The notes under the pieces: model-generated
Seen by the model: the letters and a program-made list of their open reading frames with translations, nothing else
Database searches by the model: none
Told to the model about the DNA's origin: nothing
Origin: Desulfocapsa sp.
GTDB taxonomy: Bacteria; Desulfobacterota; Desulfobulbia; Desulfobulbales; CG2-30-60-27
Direction of reading: 5' to 3'
NCBI GenBank assembly: GCA_020717925.1
Contig: DYDL01000002.1
Coordinates: 1 to 44,580, forward strand
Length of the DNA stretch: 44,580 nt
Shown: positions 19,183-30,602 of the stretch, one piece after another
Position numbering within the stretch: the first letter of the stretch is position 1
How the letters are laid out: each line of letters opens with the position of its first letter
Program-made: the position numbers and the translations under genes

Positions 19183-19264
19183 CGGAGTCAACACATCCAA
19201 CAAATTCCTCAATTGCCTTCAACCCTGGCCAGGAACTCCCCCCATGCCCTGGCCATAAAAAAAC

Positions 19265-19303
19265 CGGGGCCTCCCACAGAGAGCGACCCCGGCCTTCAGT
19301 AAT
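19265..19303 (-). terminator. Intrinsic terminator after the PilZ gene
   Basis: The minus strand reads GGCCGGGG-loop-CCCCGG followed by TTTTTTT. Confidence 0.55.
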
Positions 19304-19320
19304 CTATTTTTCAACAATAC

Positions 19321-19665
19321 TCAGGCAACGCCCTCCAGCACCGCCACCTTGTGCACCGCCTGCAGGATCTCCCGCTGCATCGCCACCTTGGGCTTGATGA
19401 ATTTAATGCCCATGCCGTGGTCACGGCGATCGCCGGAGGTGTTGACCCAGGCCACCCGGCCGGCCAGCTCCAGATCCTCCAGACCGTCGACACTGAATTT
19501 GAGGATCACCTTCTGGCCCACGGCCGGCGGATTCTCGGTGCGGATGAACATGCCATCCGCCGAGATGTCGCGGCTCAGTGAGATGATGAAGTCCTCGGCG
19601 TGAATGCAGTCCACCTTGTACTCGGCTGGAACGCGCTTCTTGCCCCTCCGATCTCCTGTACCCAT
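19321..19665 (-). CDS. PilZ domain protein (c-di-GMP receptor type)
   Basis: ATG 19665 follows GGGGGAGAG. It carries the PilZ motifs 'RRGKKR' (RxxxR) and 'DISADGMF' (DxSxxG). Confidence 0.8.
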   Translation of the reverse strand: MGTGDRRGKKRVPAEYKVDCIHAEDFIISLSRDISADGMFIRTENPPAVGQKVILKFSVDGLEDLELAGRVAWVNTSGDRRDHGMGIKFIKPKVAMQREILQAVHKVAVLEGVA

Positions 19666-20075
19666 TCTCTCTCCCCCTTTTCCGAATTTGCCGCCCCCTG
19701 TGGCCCCAAAAAGCCGCAACGCCGCCTGGCTGCACATTCCAGATGGCGCCCACAACGGCATGGAACCGTGGCAGGTCAGGCACTTTTTTCGCTGGATTCC
19801 CCAAACAATATCAATCAGATACATTGGCAAACCAGCAACCCCCCTGAATTGGCATATAGTAACAACTTCTCAGGATTGCAAGATTTTTTTTAATAAATTG
19901 AAAATATTATCCCCTTTTCCCGGGACCGCTCCATCCTGCCTTGCCCATGAATCAGCAGCCCGCGTCAGCCGTTGGCTGTTGAGAGGATGCCAACTTCCCT
20001 TAGGGCGACAAGGGTTTCACGGGGAGGTCGTCAATACCGTCACCCTTTGTAGACAACAGAATCGCCCCGCAGCCC

Positions 20076-22007
20076 TCACAGCTCCAACTGCACGCCCACC
20101 TCAATGATCTGGCTGGGCGGCACGTCAAAGAAGGCGGCGGCATCCATGGCGTTACGGGACATGAACAGGAAGAGGTTCGAGCGCCAGTGGCTCATCCGGG
20201 GATGGGCGCCAATAGACAGCCGCTCGCGGCCCAGGTAAAAGCTGGCGCTGTCGAGCTTCAGATCAATACCCTTGGCGTGCAGCAAGGCAAGAATCATATC
20301 AATCTTTGGTTCTTCCATAAAGCCGTGGTGCACGATGATCTGATAAAACCCGCTGCCCAGCTTCTCGATCTCCACCTTTTCCAGGTTCGGAATGCGCGGC
20401 AGATCCTCGGTGCGGAAGTGCAGGATCGCCACCTCGTTGTGCAGAATCTTGTTGTGCTTTAGGTTGTGGACCAGGGTGACGGGCACCACGTTGGGCCGGC
20501 CGGAGAGAAAAATGGCCTGGCCGCTCACCCGCAGGGGCGGCTCTTTTTGCAGCCTTTCCCGAAACTCAGCCAGGGTGGGGACGATGATCTTCCGTTCATC
20601 GGCCAGAATTTCACGCCCCCGCTCCCAGGTCAGCATCATGACAAAGAAAACTCCGCCAATCGCCAGGGGAAACCAGGCGCCGTGGAAGATCTTGGTGATA
20701 CTGGCCAGAAAAAAGGGGAAATCCACCAGGAAGAAGAGCGAGGCCAGGCCGCCGGCCAGCAGCCGGCTCCAGCCCCAGCGCCGCCGCGCCACCACATAGA
20801 AGATGGTGGTGGTGATCAGCATGGTGGAGGTGACCGCCACGCCATAGGCGGCCGCCAGCTTGCTGGACGACTGGAAGCCCAGTACCAGGCCGATGGTGCA
20901 CAGCATGAGCATCCAGTTCACCGGGGCCACGTAAATCTGACCAATCTGGCTGTAGGAGGTATGGGTGATGCGCAGACGCGGCAGATAACCGAGCTGGATG
21001 GCCTGCCGGGTGAGGGAAAAGGCCCCGGTAATCACGGCCTGGGAGGCGATGATGGTAGCCACGGTGGCCAGCACCACCATGGGGATAAGAGCCCAGCCGG
21101 GAACCATGGCATAGAAGGGATGATGCGCCTCGCCAGGGCTGGCCAGGAGCAGTGCCCCCTGCCCGAAATAGTTGAGCAGCAGCATGGGCAGCACCAGGAT
21201 GGCCCAGATCAGTTGGATGGGCCGCCGGCCGAAGTGACCCATGTCGGCGTAAAGCGCCTCGGCGCCGGTCACCACCAGGAAGACCGCGCCCAGGACGATA
21301 AAGCCATGCATCTTGTTGCGGATCAGAAAGGCGATGCCGTGCCATGGAAAGGCGGCGGCCAGAATCCGCGGCTGCTGAACGATCTGGATCAGCCCCAGTA
21401 CCCCGATCGTCACAAACCACAGAAAGATGATGGGCCCGAAGACGCCCCCCACCCGGGCCGTGCCGTGGTGCTGCATGAGGAACAGGGCCACCAGAATACC
21501 GACGGTGACCGGTACGATATAGGGCGAAAATAGCGGCGTGATAATGCCGATACCTTCAACGGCGCTGAGCACCGAGATGGCCGGGGTAATCATGCCGTCG
21601 CCGTAGAGCAGACAGCCGGCAAAAAGGCCTAGGGCGATCAAGAACCATTGGCGGCTATAGGTAGTGACATTCCGGGTGGAGAGCAGGGAGGTGAGTGCGA
21701 TCACCCCGCCCTCTCCCTGGTTGTCGGCTCTCATGATAAAGGTAAGGTACTTGATGGTGACGATAATGATCAGGGCCCAGAAGATCAGGGAAAGAATGCC
21801 CATGACATTACCATGGGTAACGGGAATGCCGAAGTCGCCATGAAAACACTCGCGAATGGCATAGAGTGGGCTGGTGCCGATATCGCCGAAGGCGACCCCC
21901 AGGGCGGCCATGGCGAGCTTGGCAAGCTTCTTGTTGCTCTCTTTCTCCTCGGGGTCGTAAGGACATACCCCGCTTTCCGCGCACAGCGCTTCCTTTTCAG
22001 GATCCAT
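20076..22007 (-). CDS. kup: KUP/HAK/KT family potassium transporter
   Basis: 643 aa. 'ALGVAFGDIGTSPLYA' and 'GGVIALTSL' are Kup signatures, and the C-terminal cytoplasmic domain is present. Confidence 0.95.
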   Translation of the reverse strand: MDPEKEALCAESGVCPYDPEEKESNKKLAKLAMAALGVAFGDIGTSPLYAIRECFHGDFGIPVTHGNVMGILSLIFWALIIIVTIKYLTFIMRADNQGEGGVIALTSLLSTRNVTTYSRQWFLIALGLFAGCLLYGDGMITPAISVLSAVEGIGIITPLFSPYIVPVTVGILVALFLMQHHGTARVGGVFGPIIFLWFVTIGVLGLIQIVQQPRILAAAFPWHGIAFLIRNKMHGFIVLGAVFLVVTGAEALYADMGHFGRRPIQLIWAILVLPMLLLNYFGQGALLLASPGEAHHPFYAMVPGWALIPMVVLATVATIIASQAVITGAFSLTRQAIQLGYLPRLRITHTSYSQIGQIYVAPVNWMLMLCTIGLVLGFQSSSKLAAAYGVAVTSTMLITTTIFYVVARRRWGWSRLLAGGLASLFFLVDFPFFLASITKIFHGAWFPLAIGGVFFVMMLTWERGREILADERKIIVPTLAEFRERLQKEPPLRVSGQAIFLSGRPNVVPVTLVHNLKHNKILHNEVAILHFRTEDLPRIPNLEKVEIEKLGSGFYQIIVHHGFMEEPKIDMILALLHAKGIDLKLDSASFYLGRERLSIGAHPRMSHWRSNLFLFMSRNAMDAAAFFDVPPSQIIEVGVQLEL

Positions 22008-22229
22008 GTCTCACCTGTGCCAGGCCCCGGGGCTGGCCAATTCTCTTTGGAAAAAGTCCATTCCTCATCATCCAACTGTGCGCTTCGACTACACATCCTT
22101 GCCCGCAAGTACCATATTGCCAAAGTTGCGGCAACAAAGAAGCGCATGGCCTTTTTACGATTCCACCATTTTATGGTCAGGAAAATGTCGTCGGGGAGGG
22201 TTTACCAACTGCTACCCGGGCACCATCAA

Positions 22230-24863
22230 TCAGGTGTCGTCCAGGGTCTTAAGCTCATAGAGCACCTTTAGGGCATCCAGGGGCGTAAGGTTGTCGAGAT
22301 GTGTTTCCCGAAGCTTTTTGCGCACCGGATCCAGGGGTGGCGAAAAGAGGGAAAGCTGGCTGGGGGGCTTGCCGAGCGGCGCGGCCAGGCGTGGCTGGCC
22401 GCTGGCGGTGAGTTCCCCAGCCTCGATGTTCTTGAGCAACTCCTTGGCCCGCGCGATCACCACCTCCGGCACCCCGGCCAGGGCCGCCACCTGGATGCCG
22501 TAGCTGCGGTTGGTGCCGCCGGGCAGGAGTTTATGGAGAAAGACGATGGTGTCGTTCCACTCCCGCACCGCGATGTTGAAGTTGCGGATGCGGTTCCATG
22601 TAAGGGCCAGTTCGGTCAGTTCGTGGTAATGGGTGGCGAAGATGGTTTTGACGCCACGGCCGTTCTTGCTGACCAACGCCTCGGTGACGGCCCAGGCAAT
22701 GGCCAGGCCATCGCAGGTGGAGGTGCCGCGGCCGATCTCGTCCAGTACCACCAGGCTCTTGTCCGTGGCGTTGTTTAAGATGTTGGCGGTCTCGTTCATC
22801 TCCACCATGAAGGTGGACTGGCCGCGCCGCAGGTCATCCATGGCACCCACCCGGGTGAAGATGCGGTCCACCACGCCGATGGTGGCCGTGGCCGCCGGCA
22901 CAAAGGAGCCCATCTGGGCCATGAGGACGATGAGGGCGGTCTGACGAAGTACCGTGGACTTGCCCGCCATGTTGGGGCCGGTGATGATCAGTACCTCGTC
23001 CGTGCTCTGATCGAGGTGGACGTCGTTGGGCACGAAACGGCCGGCGGGCAGGGCTCGTTCGATCACCGGGTGGCGGCCCTCCATAATGGTGATCGCCTCG
23101 CCGTCGTTGACCACCGGTCGCACGTAGCGGTGCTCACGGGCCGCCTCGGCCAGGGCACCGTAGAAGTCAAGCCGGGCAATGGCCGCAGCCACGGCCAAGA
23201 GGCGGGGGCTGGCCGTGGCCAGTTGATTGCGGATCTCGACGAATAGCCGGTACTCCAACTCCAACTGGCGCTCTTGGGCGTGCAGTACCTTGTTTTCAAA
23301 CTCTTTCAGCTCCGGGGTGATGAAGCGCTCGGCGTTGACCAGGGTCTGCTTGCGGATGAAGTGGTCGGGCACGTTAATGGCCTGGCCCCGGCTCACCTCG
23401 AAGTAATAGCCAAAGACCCGGTTGAAGCCGACCTTGAGCTTGGCGATGCCGCTCCGTTCCCGCTCCGCCGCCTCCAGGGCGAGGATGTGGCCCTTGTTGT
23501 CGCTGAGCAGGGCGCGCAGTTCGTCAACCTCGGCATGAAAGCCAGCCCGGATGAGGTTGCCCTCGCGCAGCCCGACCGGCGCCTCCTCGCGGATGCTTCG
23601 CTCCAGCAGTTGGTATAGGTCGACCAGGGGGTCAAGCCCTGCGCCCAGCTCGGCCAGCTCCCCGCGGCCGCTGGCCACCGTGGTCTTAAGGGCTGGCAAT
23701 TGGGCCAGGGAGTGCTTCAGGGCAATGAGGTCGCGGCCGTTGGCGCTGCCCAGCACCACCCGGCTGTTCAACCGCTCCAGATCGTAGACCTGGCCCAGCC
23801 GCTCGCGCAGTTCGGCGCGGCCGTCCAGATTTTCGTAGAGCTGGGCTACCGTGTCGAGCCGCTGGTTGATCTCCCCGGGATCGCGCAAAGGGAAGAGCAG
23901 ACTGTGCTTCAGGTGACGGGCGCCCATCGGCGTCCTGGTAAAGTCCAGGCAGGCCAGCAGCGACCCCTCCCTGGCGTTGCCGATAATGGTGCGGGTGAGC
24001 TCCAGGTTACGGCGCGAGGAGTCGTCCACCAGCAGCACGTTGGCCAGGTCGATGGTCCGCAGCTTCTCGATATGGTCCAGACTGCTCTTCTGGGTCTCCT
24101 GGATGTAGCGCAGCAGGGCGCCGGCCGCGGCCAGGCCTGCCGCCATGTGGTCGATGCCAAAGCCGGCCAGGTTGGCCAGACGGAAGTGTTCCAGCAAAAT
24201 CCGCCGGGCCGTGGCCGGATGGAAGCCCGCCGCCGGCCTCGGGGTGAGGCAGATATCATCGGCCAGGGCGGCGAGCAGGGTCTGGTCCGTGGCCAGGGTA
24301 TCCTCCTCGTCCACCAGCAGTTCAGCCGGCGCCATCCGCTGCAGTTCGTCCACCACCCCGGCCAGGCTGTCGCGTTCCGCCACCCAGAACTCGCCGGTCG
24401 ACAGATCCAAAAGGCTTACTCCCCAAGTGGGTTTCACGCCCTTGCCCGCGCCCCGGCGACAGACCGCGGCCAGGAAGCGGTTGCTTTTGTCATCCAAAAG
24501 CTGCGCCTCCACGGCCAACCCCGGAGTGACCACCCGCACCACCTCGCGCTTCACCACCCCCTTGGCCTGGCCCGGCTCCTCGGTCTGCTCGCAGACCGCC
24601 ACCCGGTGGCCGGCCCGCACCAGCCGGGCGAGATAGCCGGCGGCGGCATGATGCGGCACGCCGCACATGGGGATCTTCTCGCCGTTGTCCTGGTGGCCGC
24701 GGGCGGTAAGGGTGATGCCTAAGACCCGCGAGGCGAGCTTGGCGTCGTCAAAGAACATCTCGTAGAAGTCGCCCAACCGGTAAAAGAGGATGGCGTCCGG
24801 ATGCTGGGCCTTGATCTCCAGGTACTGCTGGAGCATGGGGGTGGTCTTGGCCGGCGGGATCAT
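22230..24863 (-). CDS. mutS: DNA mismatch repair protein MutS
   Basis: Contains '[30 protein letters not shown]', the Walker A 'GPNMAGKST' and 'DEIGRGTST'. The ATG at 24863 overlaps the upstream stop codon as ATGA. Confidence 0.95.
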   Translation of the reverse strand: MIPPAKTTPMLQQYLEIKAQHPDAILFYRLGDFYEMFFDDAKLASRVLGITLTARGHQDNGEKIPMCGVPHHAAAGYLARLVRAGHRVAVCEQTEEPGQAKGVVKREVVRVVTPGLAVEAQLLDDKSNRFLAAVCRRGAGKGVKPTWGVSLLDLSTGEFWVAERDSLAGVVDELQRMAPAELLVDEEDTLATDQTLLAALADDICLTPRPAAGFHPATARRILLEHFRLANLAGFGIDHMAAGLAAAGALLRYIQETQKSSLDHIEKLRTIDLANVLLVDDSSRRNLELTRTIIGNAREGSLLACLDFTRTPMGARHLKHSLLFPLRDPGEINQRLDTVAQLYENLDGRAELRERLGQVYDLERLNSRVVLGSANGRDLIALKHSLAQLPALKTTVASGRGELAELGAGLDPLVDLYQLLERSIREEAPVGLREGNLIRAGFHAEVDELRALLSDNKGHILALEAAERERSGIAKLKVGFNRVFGYYFEVSRGQAINVPDHFIRKQTLVNAERFITPELKEFENKVLHAQERQLELEYRLFVEIRNQLATASPRLLAVAAAIARLDFYGALAEAAREHRYVRPVVNDGEAITIMEGRHPVIERALPAGRFVPNDVHLDQSTDEVLIITGPNMAGKSTVLRQTALIVLMAQMGSFVPAATATIGVVDRIFTRVGAMDDLRRGQSTFMVEMNETANILNNATDKSLVVLDEIGRGTSTCDGLAIAWAVTEALVSKNGRGVKTIFATHYHELTELALTWNRIRNFNIAVREWNDTIVFLHKLLPGGTNRSYGIQVAALAGVPEVVIARAKELLKNIEAGELTASGQPRLAAPLGKPPSQLSLFSPPLDPVRKKLRETHLDNLTPLDALKVLYELKTLDDT

Positions 24864-25354
24864 GGCAGGACCGGCACCTCGTGAATGACGCCGCGCAGGG
24901 TGTCGCCGGCCTCCAGAATGGCGTAAGTACCGACAGCGCCATGGCATCCCACGGCCAGGAAGCTGCCCGGGTTGAGCAAAAGGATGCCGCCCTGTCGGCG
25001 ACAGGTCGGGCGGTGGGTGTGGCCGTAGACGATGCAGTCCACCTCGTCGAATTCAAAAGGCAGCCGCTCCTCGGGGTCGTAGCCCAACCCCTGGCCGTGG
25101 ATAAGGCCGATGACAAAGCCCGCCACCTGCACCACCTTTTTCGCGGGCAGCACCTTCCGGGTCGCGGGGCTGCACATGTTGCCGCACACCCCATGCACCT
25201 CCTTGCCACCAAAGGCCTCGAGCACGGCCAGTTCTGTGATATCGCCGGCGTGCAGGATAACCTGGCAGCCGGCAAAGCAGGTTTCCACCAGGGCCTTGAA
25301 GCGCGGCGCGGGCACGGCGAGGTGGGTGTCGGAGAGAACCCCGATGCGGGTCAT
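24860..25354 (-). CDS. YfcE/MJ0936 family metallophosphoesterase
   Basis: Contains '[12 protein letters not shown]', 'HAGDI', 'GNMC' and 'GHTHRP'. Confidence 0.8.
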   Translation of the reverse strand: MTRIGVLSDTHLAVPAPRFKALVETCFAGCQVILHAGDITELAVLEAFGGKEVHGVCGNMCSPATRKVLPAKKVVQVAGFVIGLIHGQGLGYDPEERLPFEFDEVDCIVYGHTHRPTCRRQGGILLLNPGSFLAVGCHGAVGTYAILEAGDTLRGVIHEVPVLP

Positions 25355-25525
25355 AGTTGCACTATCCCATGGCGAAAGGTTACGAGGCACGCGTCCCGGC
25401 GACTCCGGGGTTTCGGGGGTCCATGATAAACCAGCGGCGCGGAAAACTCAACCGCGCTGGAGTGGACGTCAGGATCTCAGCCGCGAGGCGTTGCGCGCGG
25501 GAAACTATTCGTATAAGTTAACACC

Positions 25526-26263
25526 ATGCCAAACCCTGCAAAACCCCGCACCAGATTCCTGCCCAGAGGTCTCGTGATCCTGCACGAAGACCAGGATATT
25601 CTCGTGGTCGACAAGCCTTCCGGGTTCCTGACCATGGGCACGGACACCGAGAAAGAGCGCACCGTCTACTTCATCCTCACCGATTATGTCCGCAAGGGTT
25701 ACAGCAAGTCCAGGAACCGCATCTTCATCGTGCACCGTTTGGACCGGGATGCCTCGGGGCTGCTCATTTTCGCCAAGAGCGAGGAGGCCAAGCGTCGTTT
25801 GCAGGCGCAGTGGCCCGAGACGAAGAAGACCTATCTCGCCGTGGTGCATGGCAGACCGAAAAAGCCGGCGGCCACCATTTCCTCCTATTTGATGGAAAAC
25901 GCGGCCCACCGCGTCTACTCGACCGTTGACACGCAAAAAGGGTATCTGTCCCATACCGCCTACCAGGTGGTGCGGCAGACCAAAGAGCTGGCCCTGCTCG
26001 AGATCGACCTGCTGACCGGCAGAAAGCACCAGATCCGCGTGCATCTGGCCGAAAGCGGCCACCCCATTGTCGGAGACCGGCGCTATAGCAAAGACGGCGC
26101 CACCTACAAACGCCTGGCCCTGCATGCCATAACGCTTTCCTTTAAACACCCGGCTAGCGGCAAGGAGATGACCTTTACCACCGGGGCGCCTGACTATTTC
26201 ACGAAACTGCTGGGCCGACTGGAGGCGAAAAGCGACAACCGCTCACCCGCCCCGCTCCCCTGA
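25526..26263 (+). CDS. RluA family pseudouridine synthase
   Basis: Contains 'HRLDRDASGLLIFAK', 'KTYLAVVHG' and 'GRKHQIRVHLA'. Confidence 0.85.
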   Translation: MPNPAKPRTRFLPRGLVILHEDQDILVVDKPSGFLTMGTDTEKERTVYFILTDYVRKGYSKSRNRIFIVHRLDRDASGLLIFAKSEEAKRRLQAQWPETKKTYLAVVHGRPKKPAATISSYLMENAAHRVYSTVDTQKGYLSHTAYQVVRQTKELALLEIDLLTGRKHQIRVHLAESGHPIVGDRRYSKDGATYKRLALHAITLSFKHPASGKEMTFTTGAPDYFTKLLGRLEAKSDNRSPAPLP

Positions 26264-26285
26264 GCCGACCGGAAAAAGTGTCCTT

Positions 26286-26828
26286 ATGAACAGATTGTTT
26301 TCAGCCGCCATGCTGGCGATGTTCATTCTGCCCGCGGCAACGGCCTCCTCGGGCGACAAGGAACTCCAGACGGGCGACATCATTACCGGACTACTGCCGG
26401 TGGCGGCGTTCGGAATCGCGTATTGCAAGGGTGACAGCGAAGGGGAAAAGCAGTGGCTGCGCGCCACCGTGATCAATGAAATCCTGAATAACAGCCTTAG
26501 CCTGGCCTGCAATGAAACCAGCCTTGGCGAGGGGCCGAACGGCGAAGCCAACAGTTTCCCGTCCGGACACGCCGGCTTCGCCTTTGCGCAGGCCGGATTT
26601 TTGCGGGAACGCTACGGCTGGAGGTATGGCGCCCCGGCGCTGGTGCTGGCAAGTGCCGTGAGCTATATCCGGGTCAACGAAGAGAAGCATCATTGGCGCG
26701 ATGTCATCGCCGGCGGTGCCCTGGGCTACGGCGTCGCCCTGTTCACGGTAACCCCCCTGAGTGCGCTCCATCTGGCGCCAATCATTGGGCCGGACTGGCT
26801 GGGCATTCGCTATAAGCGATCATTCTAA
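26286..26828 (+). CDS. PAP2 family phosphatase (secreted or membrane-associated)
   Basis: Has a signal peptide, and the motifs 'PSGH' and 'RVNEEKHHWRDVIAG'. Confidence 0.75.
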   Translation: MNRLFSAAMLAMFILPAATASSGDKELQTGDIITGLLPVAAFGIAYCKGDSEGEKQWLRATVINEILNNSLSLACNETSLGEGPNGEANSFPSGHAGFAFAQAGFLRERYGWRYGAPALVLASAVSYIRVNEEKHHWRDVIAGGALGYGVALFTVTPLSALHLAPIIGPDWLGIRYKRSF

Positions 26829-26953
26829 GCCTGGCCCGTTGGTTAATGAGTGTCAAGGGTGGAAGGATTCGACTCTCTATGCGCCACAGACCGCCACGAA
26901 AGAAGTTGGTGGAATAGAAAAGCCGCGGGGTGCCTCTGGCAGGCCATATGAAT

Positions 26954-27055
26954 TGCAATACAAACTACAGGCGGAATTGACGACTCATACCATTGACGGA
27001 GGAATGGCCATCATTTTACAACTATGCGCCAATTCCGCCTGTAGTCCATATTGCA
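26954..27055. repeat. Long imperfect inverted repeat (26-nt arms, 50-nt spacer)
   Basis: tgcaatacaaactacaggcggaattg (26954-26979) pairs with caattccgcctgtagtccatattgca (27030-27055). The 16-bp core is perfect. The spacer holds its own ccatt/aatgg hairpin. Confidence 0.7.
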
Positions 27056-27170
27056 TCGTGTTCGCAAATTCAAACTACTTGAGGGATTTCAATTTATCAA
27101 CGACAAAGGTGATAATAAATGAAAAAAAATAATAATTTTTGCTGAACCATTTGATGGATTTCAAAAATCC

Positions 27171-27200
27171 TTGACATGAATTGCCCTTCCGTGCAAGAAT
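27171..27200 (+). promoter_or_regulatory. Sigma70-like promoter placed so that the 27207 gene would be leaderless
   Basis: TTGACA (27171-27176), 18-nt spacer, AAGAAT (27195-27200). The ATG is 7 nt downstream and has no Shine-Dalgarno sequence. Confidence 0.4.
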
Positions 27201-27206
27201 GTAAAA

Positions 27207-27704
27207 ATGGGTAAAGATGCTTTTTGTGCCGCCGTGGACTGGTGGATCAAATTTAAAGGCCACGGCAGCCAAAAGATAATCGCTGACAAGGCAAAAGAGT
27301 TGACCGGACACCCGGTACACCATTCCACTCTTTCGCGTGTGCGCGATCCAAAGAATATGGAAAGAGGTTCCTATGTCATCCGCGAGGCTGTCGCGCTGGC
27401 GTTGGGCTATTTCACCGTGGCGGAAATAATCGCCGACGGCGAACGCGTGCTCAAAGGGCTGCACCCCTTGAAGGCCATGCCTTCCCTCCCTCAAGTAGAC
27501 GGGGTTATTCTTCCAGAAAAACTCAAATCCTTAATGGAAGTTGATGGGGCCAAAACCTTACTTGATCACCTTGCGGAATTAGCCAAAATCAAGCCCGGTA
27601 CTATTCTGGAAATTGGCGGGAAGGTGGTCGAGCGGCTGGAATTGGAGAGGTCACGCTTGGGGGAAGATGCGCGGGTCAACGACCCGCACCGAAAGGCAAT
27701 ATAG
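27207..27704 (+). CDS. Hypothetical HTH-like regulator (165 aa)
   Basis: 'GSQKIIADKAKELTGHPVHHSTLSRVR' looks like a helix-turn-helix. It lies in an AT-rich islet. Its stop TAG overlaps the GTG start of the next ORF. Confidence 0.5.
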   Translation: MGKDAFCAAVDWWIKFKGHGSQKIIADKAKELTGHPVHHSTLSRVRDPKNMERGSYVIREAVALALGYFTVAEIIADGERVLKGLHPLKAMPSLPQVDGVILPEKLKSLMEVDGAKTLLDHLAELAKIKPGTILEIGGKVVERLELERSRLGEDARVNDPHRKAI

Positions 27705-28102
27705 TGCAGTTGGAAAAACAGTTTGAGGTGCTTCATAAAGAGTGGTTGTCATCAAAAAATCCGATTCTTATCACCGATCTCACTGGAAAAATCTTTCAAT
27801 CCAACCACGCCTTTTTGAGAATGGCTGGCCTGCATAAAACCGACATGAGCCATGTCTTGGCGCCCGAGTTATTAAGAGGGGCCGATATAGCATCCTGCCA
27901 GGAGTGCTACCAGCGGGTGAAGGCAAAGTTGTTGCGGCATCCTGAATTCATCCGCAATTTTTATTTGCCAAATGGTGAAATCAAAAGGGCCCACGTCAAC
28001 GCCGAGGCTATCTACCACAATGACGAGCCCATTGGGGTTGCCGTAAGACTAGCGCCCCTTCAAAAACGCCTGTGCGGGAATTCCGATGACTCTAGAGGCT
28101 AA
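27704..28102 (+). CDS. Stand-alone PAS-like domain protein (132 aa)
   Basis: 'PILITDLTGKIFQSNHAFLRMAGLHKTDM' followed by '...FYLPNGEIKRAHVNAEAIYHNDEPIGVAVRL' follows the PAS fold pattern. The GTG start is coupled to the upstream stop codon. Confidence 0.55.
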   Translation: MQLEKQFEVLHKEWLSSKNPILITDLTGKIFQSNHAFLRMAGLHKTDMSHVLAPELLRGADIASCQECYQRVKAKLLRHPEFIRNFYLPNGEIKRAHVNAEAIYHNDEPIGVAVRLAPLQKRLCGNSDDSRG

Positions 28103-28227
28103 CCAGACCTCTTTCTCAAGTTTGTTTGGCAGGCACCAGGGGGATAGAAGGCCCGTTGGTTGAAAGATGAAAGGACCAGGCAATCGCGATGGAAATTTGC
28201 CGCAAATAATGGCCGTGCACGCCCAAC

Positions 28228-28256
28228 TTGACCAGAACCCCCTTGTCCCGTAAACT
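28228..28256 (+). promoter_or_regulatory. Sigma70-like promoter for mtnA
   Basis: TTGACC, 17-nt spacer, TAAACT, located 36 nt upstream of ATG 28292. Confidence 0.4.
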
Positions 28257-28291
28257 GGCCTCGTCTTCCCTTCAGCCCAGGAACCCAGGCC

Positions 28292-29398
<1,107 letters not shown>

Positions 29399-29435
29399 GT
29401 GTCAGCAGCATAGGACACCCGTTGTCCTAGTCCTT

Positions 29436-30566
29436 TTATCCCTTATCCAGCAGGGCCCAGACCGCGTCGTGAAAAAGCGGTCGGAACGCCTTGATCCGCT
29501 CGTTGTCGCGGCGGGGGTGCACCCGGTTGGTGAGCAGCACCACGGCCGCGTCACGCTCCGGGTCGATCCAGAACGAGGTGCCGGTGAAGCCGAGATGGCC
29601 GACGCTGGTTGGCGAGACCAGGGCGCCAGCGCTGGATCCGGTTGGCGCTGGCGTGTCAAAGCCCAGGGTAAAGGAGCCTGGTGCCGCGCCCGCTGGTCTG
29701 GTCAGAAAAGAGCGCAGATGAGCGGAGTCATAAGCGCCCGGCTCCTCGCGGCCCTGCCACTGGTCCAGGAGATGGCTGACCAGGGCGGTGACGCCGACGA
29801 TGTCGCCGAACAGGCCGGCCTGCCCCGCCACCCCGCCCAAGACCCAGGTGTTGTCGTCGCTCACCTCGCCGCGCAGCACCCGGTCACGCCAGGAACACTC
29901 CTCGGTGCTGGCAAAAACCGTGGCCTCGTGCCCAGCGTGATCGGCCAAAGGCATAAAGAAGAGGTGGTCGGCCAGCCCCAGGGGCGCATAGATTTTTTCC
30001 CGGACAAAATGATCAAGCGGCTGGCCGGCCAGCCGCTCCACACCCCAGCCCAGCAGCAGGAAACCAAGATCACTGTATAACGTCTGGCTGCCCGGCGGGT
30101 ATGCCAGCGGTTCAGCCAGAACCATAGCCAGCATGGCCGGCCCATTGACCGCACTATCACATTCTTGAAGCTTATGATAAAATTCCCGGTGGGCCGGCAG
30201 GCCGGAGCGGTGGCAAAGGAGCTGCCGCAGAGTTATTCCCTCCTTGTCCGAGGGCACCTCCCGCCCCAGGAGGGTGGCAAGACCTATATCCAGCGAGAGG
30301 TGGTGGTCGCGCAGCAGACAGAGCACGGCCAGGGTGGTGGCCAGGGGTTTGGTCAGGGAAGCCAGGTCAAAAACGGTGGCCTTGTTTACCTCGGTTCCGG
30401 TCGGCAACCAAGAGGTAAACCCAGCGGTGAAAAACCAGGTTTTCCTCTTCCCGGCCGTCTTGGCCACGATGCCGGCCGTGGCCCCTGAAAAAACCTGGTT
30501 TTCCACCCCCTCAAGCAGGAGTCTTTTCACTGTTTTTTCCACGTCCTTTTTCCTTTTTTTCGCCAT
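29436..30566 (-). CDS. Serine hydrolase (beta-lactamase / class C-like esterase family)
   Basis: Contains the SxxK motif 'ASLTKPLATT', 'YSDLGF' and 'GHLGFTGTSFWIDP'. The ATG at 30566 is preferred. Confidence 0.8.
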   Translation of the reverse strand: MAKKRKKDVEKTVKRLLLEGVENQVFSGATAGIVAKTAGKRKTWFFTAGFTSWLPTGTEVNKATVFDLASLTKPLATTLAVLCLLRDHHLSLDIGLATLLGREVPSDKEGITLRQLLCHRSGLPAHREFYHKLQECDSAVNGPAMLAMVLAEPLAYPPGSQTLYSDLGFLLLGWGVERLAGQPLDHFVREKIYAPLGLADHLFFMPLADHAGHEATVFASTEECSWRDRVLRGEVSDDNTWVLGGVAGQAGLFGDIVGVTALVSHLLDQWQGREEPGAYDSAHLRSFLTRPAGAAPGSFTLGFDTPAPTGSSAGALVSPTSVGHLGFTGTSFWIDPERDAAVVLLTNRVHPRRDNERIKAFRPLFHDAVWALLDKG

Positions 30567-30602
30567 GGGGTGGCTTCTTGGGAAGCTGCTTATTAAAAGC
30601 AA

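Noticed and set aside
19604-20107. 167-aa plus-strand ORF spanning the PilZ-kup gap.
   Set aside because: It starts inside the PilZ gene on the opposite strand and runs into the kup 3' end. Its composition is Pro/Ser/Ala-rich and unprotein-like, and it has no RBS.
22008-22229. I looked for a second c-di-AMP riboswitch, or a sigma54 promoter, in the 222-nt kup leader.
   Set aside because: None of the ydaO hallmark blocks (GGGGACCCA, CCGUCAGCUAACC) is present on the minus strand. The TGGCA...TTGC candidate has the wrong GG-GC spacing.
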